A stretch of 64,000 nt of DNA from Felis catus (Eukaryota): the NCBI RefSeq assembly GCF_018350175.1, contig NC_058368.1, positions 187,552,001-187,616,000 on the forward strand, read 5' to 3'. This document shows positions 1-13,302 of the stretch, in pieces. The notes below the pieces were generated by a model. It made no database searches. It had not been told where the DNA came from and saw only the letters and a program-made list of their open reading frames with translations. A program made the position numbers and the translations under genes. The first letter of the stretch is position 1. Each line of letters opens with the position of its first letter.

Positions 1-199
1 CCCCGTCAGCATCAGGGCAGAGGGTGCCCCCCTCCACCTCCACTGCCTCCAGTGATCCTCACTGCTGCTTCCAGACTACACTCCATTTCTCTGTTCTAAA
101 ACCCAGCTCGGAATCTCACATCCAGGCTACATAATCCATTTGTCTGTCTTGTTGCAAAGACTGGGGTCACTTCCTTCCACTCTTGGAGATTTTGGCTCC

Positions 200-985
200 C
201 AGCTCAGTGCCATTCTAATACCACTCTGTTTATTCCTTCCAGGACCCTGCTCTCAAAATTACTGGACCATTCTCCTATGAGCTTGTTCCCCATCTGCCTG
301 TCACTCATTCCTGTGGTCATCTGTTAAGACATTATCACTACCAGTAACTTCAAATTCTCCGTAACCTGACCTGCAAGCACCCCAGTCTCCATCTCCCCAG
401 CTCAATACTACGCTATTCTCAACAACCTTTTGGTCCCCCAGGGATCTGCACTTAAAATCCAAACTCATTTTTATGGCCTGTAATGTCCTACGTGATTTGG
501 TGCCTGCCTACCTCTCTGGCATTGTCTCCTAACCCTCTCTCTACTACTCACCATGCTCCAGCCCCACTGACCATTCTGCAGTTCCTCAAACATGCCAAAT
601 CCATTCCTACCTCAGGGCCTTTGCACTAACTCTCTCCTCCACCTGGAGAGTCCTAGCCCTGGATGTTCTTTGCCCTCCTTTCTCACCTCCTTCAAATCTT
701 TTTCAAAAGTAACTTCTCATTGAGGACCTCCATAACCTATTTAAAACTTCAGCCCATCCATCCATCCACTCACCTACAGGACATTCCCTCTTCCCTACTT
801 TATCTTTTCCATGGCACCTATCACTATCCAGCATATGGTATAGCTTACTATTATTTTGCAGATAGTTGGTTTCTTCCAGCTAGGATGAGGGCAGAGATTT
901 TTATCTGTTTCGTTCAGTGCTATATCCTTGGTACCTAGAACATGCCTGGCACATAGTGACCGCTCAATATTTTCTGCACAAATGA
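200..985 (+). mobile_element. L2 3' fragment
   Basis: L2 hallmark motifs CCTCAGGGCCTTTGCAC and CCTAGAACATGCCTGGCACATAGT...CTCAATATTT; left boundary approximate. Confidence 0.7.
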
Positions 986-3900
986 AGGGAATTGGGCTGT
1001 GCAGATTTGAAACAACAAAAATAAGAGCTTATTAAGTCATCTTATACACAAAATTTTAAACAAAGTACCCACTCTCCCTCTTTACCCAACTGTCCCCTTC
1101 AGCATCTCTCCACACCATTTTCAGCCCTCTGCCTCCACCTACAATGCCGGACTGAAGGACGACTTGTTTTACTAGTTACATGCCCAGTTTTCAACCTAGG
1201 AATGCGAAACACTGTGCTCAACTAGCTTTTGATCTTTCTAGGAAGATGAAGCTGCCTTTTAAGCACATCTCTGCTGGATACCTCCAGGTTGGTCTCCCAT
1301 AGAGCCTCCGACAGGCTGTCCCTTCCAGTGTCAGTGCAAGTGTGCAGGAAACCAAACGCCAGCTGTGGCCTGGGCTCTGAACTGCATACCAATGGCAGGA
1401 AGCTCCCACCTCCTCAGTGGCCCTGCAAGATGGAGGGGAGGGATGACACGTGCCATCACCATAGAAACCCCTCCCACTCCTCAGGCACCAGAGGAAGGCT
1501 GGGCCTGCAGTCTGTTCCACTGTGTGCTCAGAGAAGTGGTTCATCAATCTGGCCTCTTCTTACAGGAAAAGAGGCCTCTTCATAAGGAGTGTAGTCACAG
1601 ATCCTCCTGGGAGCCTGCGCATACAGGGAAACAAGCAGCCACTTTGCTGCCATACTTCCTGTTGTAATTCAATCCCATGAACTGTCTGTCCCAGGCAAGG
1701 CTGTGGACTTGAAGACTGCAAAGATAAACATCCCCTTGGCCAACGCTTATTCTCTCTGGAGCAAAGGAATGGAAGATCTGTTGCTTGAGCGCTTGTGGCT
1801 AAGGTCTCCAAAAGTCACCAGACACAGCATGTCCTAAAGGTAGTTCTGTGCTTGCTGAGAGATGCAGAACCAGCCATCAGGAGACAAATGAGGCCTAAGA
1901 GAGGAGGTGGTCAGCTTTGTGTGTGCAGGGAAAAGCCATGTCCACCATGGGAGAGAGGGGTTCCTCCCCCTCCTACAGCCAAGAGTAGCTCCAAATGAAC
2001 CACACCTGAGGACTGGGACCTCCAAGACAGGGAGAATGGCATTTTGTCCCCCAGAAGTGTGCCTATTGTAGGCCAACCTGGTGCCATCCACAGAGACAAG
2101 CAGGGCTCTTAGGGGAGCATTCTGGGAGCCTGAGAATCTGGTTCCTTTTCAGCGCTCTTACCACAAAAAAAAAAAAAAAAAAAAAAATGGAAAGGGGGGA
2201 TCACTGGCATGTGGGGACTTGATCTTAAACACTGTTGCCTGCTCCTGGTACAGAGATTTCTCACCTGCTAGAATAGTCCAGGACTGTAGGGCCTGAAGAT
2301 CCTCAGATGTAGTATGTCCAGGAAACCACCCCATCCTGTCCTCTGTGGCCCTCAAAGGGTATGGAAAGAACTCTGGTGGTTATTAAGGGAGGGAGCCCTG
2401 GACAAAGCAATAGGAGGCCCCACCCAGGAAAGCCATGGAGGAGGCAGGGCTGCCAATCTTCTCAGAGGGCCAGAAGCTCCCCGCCATATGGAAACATGTG
2501 GTCACACACGGCTGTACATAGAGTGGATGCCACCAACATTGCACAGAGCTCCACGCCTAGACCGAAGCCAGGACACTGACCATAACCAACATGCAACCTG
2601 TCGCATGAACAGAATCTCTTCTCCCCCCAGATGGCCTCCCTGGCACTGGGCTGCAGGAGGCCCACATGTGCCCAACATGTGCAGGGAAGAGGGGAGGAGT
2701 GTTCACCACCCATGTTTCAGTCCCAGCTCTAGCCTGTGCAGGAGGAGGGAAGAGCCTGCAGTGAGTTTGAGACTGAAGTTTTATTTTGTTTTGTTTTAAT
2801 GTTTATTTATTTTTTGAGAGAGAGATAGTGAGCGGGGCTGGAGCAGAGAGAAGGGGGTACAGAGAATCCCTAGCAGGCTCTGTGCAGTCAGCGCACAACC
2901 CAATGCGGGGCTCAAACTCACAAACCGTGAGATCACAACCTGGGCTGAAATCAAGAGCTGGACACTTAACTGACTAAGCCAATCAGACGCCCCGAGACTG
3001 AAGTTTTAAAATGATCAGGACTGAGGCTTACATTCAAAGTCAAAAATTAATTTTAACAAGAAATAACCTAATTTTAACAAGAGGTAACCTTCTAACAAGA
3101 AGAAAGCTATGGAATCCAGTAAGATGCTGTTAAGCATCACCCACCACCCAGCAGGGAGGAGAAACCAAAATACAGTCAGTAGCAGTAAAAAAGGAAAACC
3201 AGTTCTCGAGCCCACCCTGTCTACACAGACCTTCAGAAGAACACAAATAGGACTGGAGCTGCCTATCAGGTCAGGGGGCAGGAAGCTGGTCCCCTGGGCT
3301 TGTGCTCTACTCCCACCCGCCCCTCCCCCCCAGGGAAACCTGGAATAAAGGCAAACTCCCTGGCCCTGACTCTGCAAGATGCTAACAGTGGGCGTAGTGT
3401 CATCATTGGGCTTCTAGAACCTGGGTCTCCAGGTACGGATGACATATTCATTAATTTCAGCAAATACCTGAGCACCCAGCATACGCCAGGCACAAGAATG
3501 TAAGAGCAAACAGGGCAGACCCGAGCCAGCTCCCAGTGTAGAAGGCAAGCCAGACAAATGGACAGACACAGCCTAGCATGTGAAGTATGAGGAGCAGTTT
3601 ATGTGTCTGCAGCTTAACTGAGCAAACAAGAGGGAACCTAGCCTAATCTGGGGGTGTCAGGAAAGGCTTCCCGTCAGAAAAGTAGCTCAGTAGCGAGCAA
3701 AAAGATGGGTAAGTGTGAGCCAGCAAATCAGAAGAAGACTCATACTTGTCTCCCTCAGAACCACCATGCAGCCTTGGGAGTCATGCGGGCTTTATCTGGA
3801 GGGCAGTTGGGCATCATTTAAGAATGCAATGAGGAATGACTGCTTAATGGGTACAGGCTTCTTTTTTTTTTTTTTTTTTTTAAGTTTATTTATTTTTGAG

Positions 3901-4204
3901 AGAGAGAGAGGCAGAGCATGAGTGGGGGCGGGGGCAGAGAGAGGGAGACACAGAATCTGAAGCAGGGTCCAAGCTCTGAGCTGTCAGCACAGAGCCCAAT
4001 TCGGGGCTTGAACTCATGGACCGCGAGATCGTGACCTGAGCCAAAGTCGGACGCTTAACCGACTGAGCCACCCAGGCGCCCCAATGAGTACAGGCTTCTT
4101 TTGGGGAAGGATGGAAATGTTCTGAAAATAGGTAGTGGCCATGGTTGTATAACACTGTGAATGTATTAGAAGCCACTGAATTGTACACTTCAAAATGGTT
4201 GAAA

Positions 4205-4427
4205 TTTTTTTTTTTTTTTTTTTTCAACTTTTATTTATTTTTGGGACAGAGAGAGACAGAGCATGAACGGGGGAGGGGCAGAGAGAGAGGGAGACACAGA
4301 ATCGGAAACAGGCTCCAGGCTCCGAGCCATCAGCCCAGAGCCTGACGCGGGGCTCGAACTCACGGACCGCGAGATCGTGACCTGGCTGAAGTCGGACGCT
4401 TAACCGACTGCGCCACCCAGGCGCCCC
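4205..4427 (-). mobile_element. Young felid SINEC_Fc-type SINE
   Basis: Near-consensus tRNA-derived head, (CT)n, polyA; TSD AAAATGGTTGAAATTTTT. Confidence 0.9.
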
Positions 4428-5009
4428 AAAATGGTTGAAATTTTTAAATGGTGAATTGTGTCATATGAATTTTACCTCAACTAAAAACAAAACGTAAATG
4501 ATGCCTGCAGGGAATTTTCAATTCCAACCAAAATGGAGTAACAAGAACCAATTTACCTTCCTGCCAGCCACTGAAAACAATACATGGGAGATGGTTTCCA
4601 AGAGAATACATATCAGGCAACAAAGGACAGCAGTCCCTGAGGAATGGGAAATAAATGAAGTGAGCCCCACCCCTGATTGCGCAGGTCACTGGTTTGAGAG
4701 TTTCTAGGCCAGAGTGGGGAAGAAAAAGAGCCAAGCCAACCCCTTGAGCTGGAGACACAGCAAGTGAGGGAAGACCACGGCAGCTAGTCAGCGGGCCAGA
4801 GCACTAGAGAGGAGAGCACTGCTCAGAGAGAACCCTGGAACTGAGTTCTCTCTAGGACTTCTGTGCTTGTTCGTGAGAAAACCTCCCAAGGGTTAGAGGG
4901 AAAAGCACCAGAGCTCACACAGAGCTGGGAAGCATGTCCGTTCCCAACAGCCAGGCTGGAAAATCTCACAATCCAGGAACTGTGGACAGAGTTTTAAGAG
5001 TCTTACCTC

Positions 5010-5279
5010 ATTCCTCAAAACATTTAAAATAGAACTACCATATGATCTAGCAATCCCACTTTTGAGTATATAACACCCAAGGAACATGAACACAGCATCT
5101 GGAAGAGATACCTGCACTCCTGTGTTTATTGCAACACTATTCACAACAGCCAAGATGTGGAAACAATTTAGGTGCTCATCTACAGACAAATGGACAAAGA
5201 AAATATGGTACAGTATGTGTGTGTGCATATATATACGCACACACACACACGTATATATACATATATGTATACATATACC

Positions 5280-5321
<42 letters not shown>

Positions 5322-5760
5322 GTAACACTATGAAGGCATGAGAAAGAAGGAAATCCTACCATGTGCATCAACACAGACAAAGCTTGAGGGCATTAGGCTA
5401 AGTGAAACAAATCAGACAGAGAAAAACAAATATAATCTCCATTACATATGGAATCTAAAAAAAGCCGAATTCACAGAAACAGAGAATAGAGTGGTAGTTG
5501 TGAGGGACTGTGGGATGAAGGAAACAGGGAACTGCTGGTCAAAGGGGACAAACTCCCAATTAGAAGATGAATAAGTTCTGGGGATCTAATGTATAGCATG
5601 GTGATTATGGTTAATAATATTGTATTATATAATTGTAAGTTGCTTGGATCTTACCACAAAAAATGGTAATCGTATGATATAATGAAAGTGTTAGCTACAT
5701 ATGTACATGTATCAAATCAGCACCTTACACAAGGGTGTATGTCAATTGTATCTCAAAGCT
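5010..5760 (+). mobile_element. Older L1 3' fragment (ORF2 end / 3' UTR) with embedded (CA)n
   Basis: AAATAGAACTACCATATGATCTAGCAATCCCACT; CTPVFIATLFTTAK L1 ORF2 C-terminal-like translation. Confidence 0.8.
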
Positions 5761-5832
5761 GGGGGGGAGGAAAAAGCATGGATATTGGGACTAGACAGAC
5801 ATGAGTTTGATTCCAGACTCCAACAACCTATC

Positions 5833-6949
5833 AGCTGTGTCACTTAAATTTTGAGAGCCTCAGATTCCTCGTCTCTAAGATAGGGATTCATTTGGTGCGC
5901 CTGGGTGGCTCAGTCAGTTAAGCATCTGACTTTGGCTCAGGTCATGATCTCATGATTCGTGGGTTTGAGCCCTGCATCAAGCTCTATGCTGACAGCACAG
6001 AGCCTGGAGCCTGCTTCGGATTCTCTATCTCCTCCTCTCTCTACCTCTCCCCAGCTTGTGCTCTGTCTCTGTCTCTCTCTGTCTCTCTCGAAAATAAACA
6101 CTTAAAAAAAAAGAAAAAAAGATAGGGATTCATTTAACAGTTGTAAAGATAAATGGAAGAATATATGTTTGTCTGCTTTTTTAAAAAAAAAAAAGTATTA
6201 TCTCAGTAGTGGGGGGAAATTAGCCCTAGTGTTGCCTAACAAACTTAAAAGCAAGTTAAGCCTGCTTAAGACTCTCTCTCTCTCTCCCTCTGCTCCTCTC
6301 CACCATTCGCACATGTTCTCTAAAATAAAAAAAATTTTAAAAAATTTTAAATAGTAAACAAACTTTTTTTTTTAATTTTTTGATGTTTATTTCTTTTCTT
6401 TTTTCAACGTTTATTTATTTTTGGGACAGAGAGAGACAGAGCATGAACCGGGGAGGGGCAGAGAGAGAGGGAGACACAGAATCAGAAACAGGCTCCAGGC
6501 TCTGAGCCATCAGCCCAGAGCCTGACGCAGAGCTCGAACTCACGGACCGCGAGATCGTGACCTGGCTGAAGTCGGACGCTTAACCAACTGCGCCACCCAG
6601 GCGCCCCAATAGTAAACAAACTGTTTAAAAAAAAAAAAAGAAGAGGGGCGCCTGGGTGGGTCAGTTGGTTGAGTGTCTGACTTTGGCTCAGGTCACGCAT
6701 GATCTCACTGTCTCTGAGTTCGGACCCCGCGTTGGGCTCTGTGCCGACAGCTCAGAGCCTGGAGCCTGCTTCCGATTCCTGTCTCCCTCTCTCTCTGCCC
6801 CTCCCCTGTTCACACTCTGTCTCTCAATAATAAATAAATGTTAAAAACATTTTTAAAAATAAAATAAAATAAAATAAAATAAAATAAAATAAAATAAAAT
6901 AAAATAAAATAAAATAAGTTTACACAAAAAAAAAAATACCCAGCGCGCG

Positions 6950-7005
<56 letters not shown>

Positions 7006-7490
7006 GGTAAAATTCATGTCTGGCATCCAAGAAAAATTTCCAAGCATAGGGGTGCCTGGGAGGCTCAAGTCAGTGAAACGTTGGACTTCAGCTCAGGTCA
7101 TGATCTCATGGTTCATGAGTCTGAGCCCCACATCAAGTTGTCTGCTGTCAGTGCAGAGCCTGCTTTGGATCCTCTGTCTCCCTCTCTGCCCCTCCCCTGC
7201 TTGCTTGCACACATGTGCTCTCTCTCAAAAATAAACATTTAAAAAATAAACAAAAATTAAATTTAAAAAGCCCATTCATGGGGCGCCTGGGTGGCTCAGT
7301 CGGTTAAGCGTCTGAGATCAGGTCATGATCTCACGGTTCATGAGTTCAAGCCCCACGTCAGGCTCTGTGCTGACAGCTCAGAGCCTGGAGCCTGCTTCAG
7401 GTTCTGTGTCTCCCTCTCTCTCTGCCCCTCCCCTGCTCACGGTCTGTCTCTGTCTCTCAATCATAAATAAACGTGAAAAAAAAATTTTTA
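5833..7490. mobile_element. Cluster of five to six carnivore SINEs in both orientations with (AAAAT)n and (CG)n(CA)n tracts
   Basis: Repeated GGCGCCTGGGTGGCTCAGT-like heads at ~5833, 6606(-), 6645, 7049, 7280. Confidence 0.85.
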
Positions 7491-7738
7491 TAACAAATAA
7501 TTAATTAAAAACCCATTCATAGTAGCAACTAAAAATATTTTTCAAAAATTGCCAGGCATAGTAAGCCATAGGAAAACACAACCTGTAATGGGGTGGGGGT
7601 GCAGGGCAGGGACCAAAATAACTGAAACTGAAACTGACCCAAACTGACACAGATGTGAGAATGAGCAGACAAGGACATTAAAACAGAGATAACTGTATTC
7701 CATATGTCCAACAAGTTAGGCAGAAACATGGAAGATTT

Positions 7739-7792
<54 letters not shown>

Positions 7793-8406
7793 CAAGCTTC
7801 TAGAGTTGAAAACTACATCTGAAATTAAAAGGAAACGATACCATCACATTTGCTGAATGGGAAAACTCACCCTGGCTACCGCCTGGAGAATGGCTTTGGG
7901 GAAATCATATTAAAATGGGTATAAAAAGCTGTTAGAACATCCCAGGGGAGAAATGATGGCCTGAAAAGGAAGAACACCAGCATTGGAAAGACCTGAGCCT
8001 TTCTGGAATATTTAGGCCGTGGAAGTGGCAGGACTGGGTGACTGCTCAGGTGATCAGTCGGGGTGAGGAAGTCAGGAGGACCATGGGACACAGCAAGCAG
8101 TTTCTCAACTCCAGAGCACCAACTGTGCCTCAGGTGGGATCAGCAATGGTCAGAGCAGATGCAATTCAGGAGGCAACAAGGACTCATGCTACCTGCAGGG
8201 GCCATGCCAGGGGCAGGAATGGTTCCTGAGGAGCTGAAGGGCAGGGGAGGGAGCCTGAACAGGGAACAAGCACCGGGAGGGGACCAGATCATGCAAAGCC
8301 TCACAGGCCAAGGAGGTAAGTTCACATGTCCCCCAACGTACAGTGAGAACCTACTAAAAGGCTTTAAGTGAGGGACGATTATAGTTGCATTTAAAACATC
8401 ACTCTG

Positions 8407-8622
8407 GGGGCGCCTGGGTGGCTCGGTCGGTTAAAGCGTCCGACTTCGGCTCAGGTCATGATCTCACGGTCTGTGAGTTCGAGCCCCGCGTCGGGCTCTG
8501 TGCTGACAGCTCAGAGCCTGGAGCCTGTTTCAGATTCTGTGTCTCCCTCTCTCTCTGCCCCTCCCCTGTTCACGCTCTGTCTCTCTCTGTCTCAAAAATA
8601 AATAAACATTAAAAAAAAAAAA
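8407..8622 (+). mobile_element. Carnivore SINE
   Basis: TSD TTAAAACATCACTCTGG. Confidence 0.9.
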
Positions 8623-8728
8623 ATTAAAACATCACTCTGGCAATGGTGGAGAACAGGTAAGAAGGGGCGTGAGCAGAAGCAGAATGGCCAGTTAGAGGGC
8701 TGTGGTCATCACAAGAAATCATAGTTTG

Positions 8729-8852
8729 GGTTGATGGGGGGTGGGAGGGGGGGAGGGTGGGTGATGGGTATTGAGGAGGGCACCTTTTGGGATGAGCACT
8801 GGGTGTTGTATGGAAACCAATTTGACAATAAATTTCATATATTGAAAAAAAA
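8729..8852 (+). mobile_element. 5'-truncated young carnivore L1 3' end
   Basis: G-rich tract, GATGAGCACTGGGTGTTGTATGGAAACC, AATAAA and polyA; perfect 16-bp TSD AAGAAATCATAGTTTG (8713-8728, 8853-8868). Confidence 0.85.
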
Positions 8853-10793
8853 AAGAAATCATAGTTTGCATTTAAGGGGTGGAAAGAAATGAACTAACTA
8901 GTAATATAAACTAGAAGCAGAAACCTCAGGCTGGCTGTGGGGATGGATGTGGGAAGAGAAAGAAGTAACAAAGACCGCTCCCGGGTTTGCAACAGGAGTA
9001 AACACGCCATTTACTGAGGTAGAGAAGGCCAGCAAGGGACAGATCGCAGAGGGAGAAAACTAGAGCTCCAGTTTAGACATATTAGATTTGAGATCTAGTA
9101 AGCAACTAGAGAGAGTTCAGGGGAGAGACCTGGGTTAGAGATACCAATGCAGCACAGAGGTGGGATTTCAAACCACGGGAATACAGAAGATCATACAGAG
9201 TTTGTGAAGAAGAGAGGCCAAGAACTGAGCCCTTAGGGTCGGACATTGAAGAAAGATGTGGCAACGAAGAAGGGTCTTTAGGTACAGAAGGAAGACTATA
9301 GAGTCTGGAGGCCCCACCAAAAAGCAAACACATGCGAGAAAAGGCGGGGGGAGATAACCAAAGAGGGGAGGTGACCCAGGGCAGATGTCAAGGGATGACA
9401 GGGCGAACACCTCTGTTGCAAGATGCAGGTGGCTTGTAAAACAAACAGCAGCAAGAAGAGGACATTCCTGACTGTGGGCTCCAACATGCTCTAAGAGGGG
9501 GGAGGTTCAGCACTTGAGAGACAGGGGTGGAAGCAGAAACAAGTTTAAAGAGCAGAGCAGTAGGAATACAGCAGACTCACAAAGGAAGAATGGAGATTAT
9601 GTAAACCTGCCAGGCAACGCTGCATGCCCAGGTCAACACACAAAGTTGGTTGATCCTGAACCCGTACAGATGCCCACTGACCCCACTGGGTCATTTTCCC
9701 CAGGAATGATCTTCAGCTCTCTAAAGGCTCCCATGCCAAAGCATCATATCCCACCCCAGCCTCCTTTCAGGCTGTTTCAAAATCAGCTCCACCAGCCCAA
9801 CCCAAGTCGCAAACTGGGTGCTCAGGCTTCCCAGAACCTTAGGGGCTCTAGGTAAGGCTCAAACCTGATGCACCCAACCCCACAAGGAAGCCTGTGGGGA
9901 AGAAGATAGGGATTCATTTGACCATTATAAAGACAAATGGAACAATAGATATTTTTCTTTAAAAAAAAAAAAAATATTACCTCAACCTCTCCAGCCTCCA
10001 GAGAAAATAGCGCTTTTTCTTTTTTTCTTTTTTTTAAGTATTTATTTTTGAGAGCAAGAAACCGTGAGTCAATGAAGGGCAGAGTGGGGGACATAGGACC
10101 CTAAGCAGGCTCTACACTGACAGCATGAGCCCAATGTGGGGCTCAAATGAACAGTGAGATCATGACCTGAGCCAGTCAGATGCCCAAGCAACTGAGCCAC
10201 CCAGGCACCCCACATTTTCTCTTTAGGTGGTATAATCCTATTAATATATAAATTTTTATAAGTTTAAACAATGCTAGTCTTCCATAGACACATGCAAGAT
10301 TAACTCTGGTAAGGAATGAATGGATAGCTTTATGGATATTTTTACACTCACAAATAAACCTAACCAGAATAATAACTAAGAGGTCAAGCACATTTTGAGT
10401 GTTCGTACATTAGCTCATGTACTCCTAACAACCTTTCAAGATAAATTCTATCATGGGTCTCATGAATGAAGAAAACACAGAAGTTCAGGGAGATTAAAGG
10501 ACATGCTCAAGGTCGCAAACAAAGTTGCTGAGCCAGGATCTCACTTTTTACTCCTTATCACTATGCTTTTCTGTCTCAAACATATTTAAATAAAAGGGAT
10601 CCCAGGCATCAGAGTAGCTCAGTGGGTCAGACATCCAGCTCTTGATTTCAGTCCAGGTCATGAACTCATGATTTGTGGGATCAAGCCCTGCATCAGGCTC
10701 TGTGCTGAAAGCACAGCTTGGGATTCTGTGTGTGTGTCTCTCTCTGCCCCTTCCCCGCTATGCATAAGCACACTCTCTCTCTCTCAAAATAAA

Positions 10794-10829
<36 letters not shown>

Positions 10830-13302
10830 ATCCTAAATATAACCCACTTGGGATACTGAAAAAGTTCCATGGTTATCTCTCCACGTCCACATACATAGTT
10901 CCTTTTTAATGAATACATGTCATCCCAATGTACCATCTGTATCATATTTACCCATTATAAACTAAGCAGCAATAAACATCTTTGTGAACACATCTGAGCA
11001 CCCTCATGTGAGGGGTATCCCCATGCATTGTTGATGCTTTCCTGTGCCTTCTCTCCACCATTTGCCACCCTGTCAATGCCAATTCCTCTTGAAGCCTTAC
11101 TGTTCTTTGCCATCACTTCTTCAAGGCCATTTCATCATCTACGGCAGACTCCAAAATTGGTCTCCCCGCCTCCAGAGTGAAGTTCTGAAACACAAAGCTG
11201 GCCCTGTCCCTTCCCTCTTTAAAACTTTTTCATGGCACCCAACACCCCTAGGACAGACGCTAAACCCCCTTCCATAGTTTACAAAGCCACATGGCCCTAG
11301 CTTAACTCTCCAGACTCTTTTGTTACCAGCTATGCTCCTTGCCCAAATCTCAAGTAGAAAAAGGGGAAAAAAAAGGGGGGGGGGGGGTTCATCTAATAGG
11401 CTGTGTTCTCTTGCCTCCTGGCACTTGCAAAAGCTGTTCCCTCAGCCCAGAACACTTCTCTTCCATCAAGGGTTCATCCATATGTTCCTCCTCAGGAAGC
11501 CTTCCCTGCCCTTCCCTAAACTGGGCTGGCAAGCACTCACCAGCAACTGGTTCTTCCTGCCCTTACATTCATCTTCCTATATCATGATGGCATTTCATGC
11601 CATTCTCCCCCACTGGACAACAAGCCCCTGAGGGCAAGGGCAACATGTTACTTAACCATCACAGTGTTGGTCCCTAGCACAAAAGGGCCTGAGTAAATGA
11701 TTGGTTAAAGTAATGGCAAGAACAAAGTCAACTTGGGAATTTCCATGGTTGTACCAACCCTTTTGTGACTTGATAATGTTGCTCAGAATTAGTATGATAG
11801 ACAATATTAACATTAATATATTTAAAAAGCTTTGTGTTCCTATTGAAGGTTAATTGGAACTTGAAACCTGAAAAATGCCAGTAGAAGAGTATGCTAGGTA
11901 TGGATGAACCTTATGTAGATCAGAGCACCTTTAAGATCCAGTGTGGTCCAACTGTCCAACTTGACAATAATGAACTTTAATCTTAGAGCATCATCGGTTA
12001 GACAGACTGGAATTGCAAACAGGGCTTCTCATAAGCCTTTTTTTTTATTTTTTTAACATTTATTCATTTTTGAGAGACAGAGACAGAGCATGAGTGGGGG
12101 AGGGGCAGAGAGCGGGAGACACAGAATCCAAAGCAGGCTCCAGGCTCTGAGCTGTCAGCACCGAGCCCAACACAGGGCTCAAACCCACAAACAATGACAT
12201 CATGACCTGAGCAGAAGAGGGACACTAAAGGAACTGAGCCACCTAGGCACACCAAGCCTTTTCAAGTAATAAAGCCAAACACCTTATATTTAGGAAACTG
12301 TATACAAAACAGCAACAATCCCCACAAAATAAAAATTATAAACAAAGAAGCATCTGTTTAAAGTTCAAGTTTCAACCAACATTAAGTGCTTTGTATTCTG
12401 ATGGACAGCAGATGAAGACAGATTACTCCATGTTCAGTCTGACCAAGGACAGTTAACTAGCTGGTAAAGGACTGACTAGCTGCCACGCTCTCAGTCCTTT
12501 GCTCACTCCACCACAAGAGATCCTTTCCCAAAGTTTCTGAGTTTATTGTGGAGTATGAAAACCACTCAATCATGCTCTGCTTTTCACAAGGCCCTGCTAT
12601 ATCTGAGGATGCTAGATCCAGTACTCTTCCTTAAAGCCATGTGTCCTAGTAGCCCTATTTTATGTTCTTTTAAAAGTCTTTTTAGGAGCACCTGGGGGGC
12701 TCAGTTGGTTAAGTGTCCAACTTCGGCTCAGGTCAAGATCTCGCAGTTCATGGGTTTGAGCTCATCATCGGCCTCTGTGCTGACAGTTCACAGTCTGGAG
12801 GCTGCTTCAGATTCTGTGTCTTCCTCTCTCTCTGCCCCTCCCCAACTTGTGCTTTCTCAAAAACAAACATTTTAAAAATTAAGAAAAAAAATTAAAAAAT
12901 TAAATTTAAAAAAATGTCTCTAATTCGAGTCAGACTTATTCAATTATATTTAAAAGATAAAAGTTTTAATCATAGGTTTAATTTTTTTTTTTTAATATTT
13001 GTTTATATTTGAGACAGACAGAGCTTGAGCAGGGGGAGGATCAGAGAGAGCGAGAGAGAGAGAGAGAAAAGCAGAATACAAAGCAGGCTCCAGGTTCTGA
13101 GCTGTCAGCACGGAGCCCAACACAGGGCTCAAACCCAAAGGCTGTGAGATCACAACCTGAGCCAAAGCCAGATGCTTAACTGACTGAGCCACCCAGGCGC
13201 CCCAAAAGGTAAAAGTTTTAAATTCAGCATCAGTGTCTATATGTGTTCCTGGTATTTCATGCCTATCTTGCCACTTCCTGGTTTGCTTCCTAATAATGAA
13301 GA

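Noticed and set aside
2314..2799. 161-aa ORF and neighbouring overlapping ORFs at 1.2-3.5 kb
   Set aside because: No recognisable homology or coherent splice structure; multiple overlapping frames typical of stop-poor non-coding DNA.
5833..7490. tRNA-like heads (GGTGGCTCAGTCGGTTAAG...GTTCGAGCCC), here and throughout the window
   Set aside because: These are the tRNA-derived 5' parts of carnivore SINEs followed by (CT)n and polyA, not tRNA genes.
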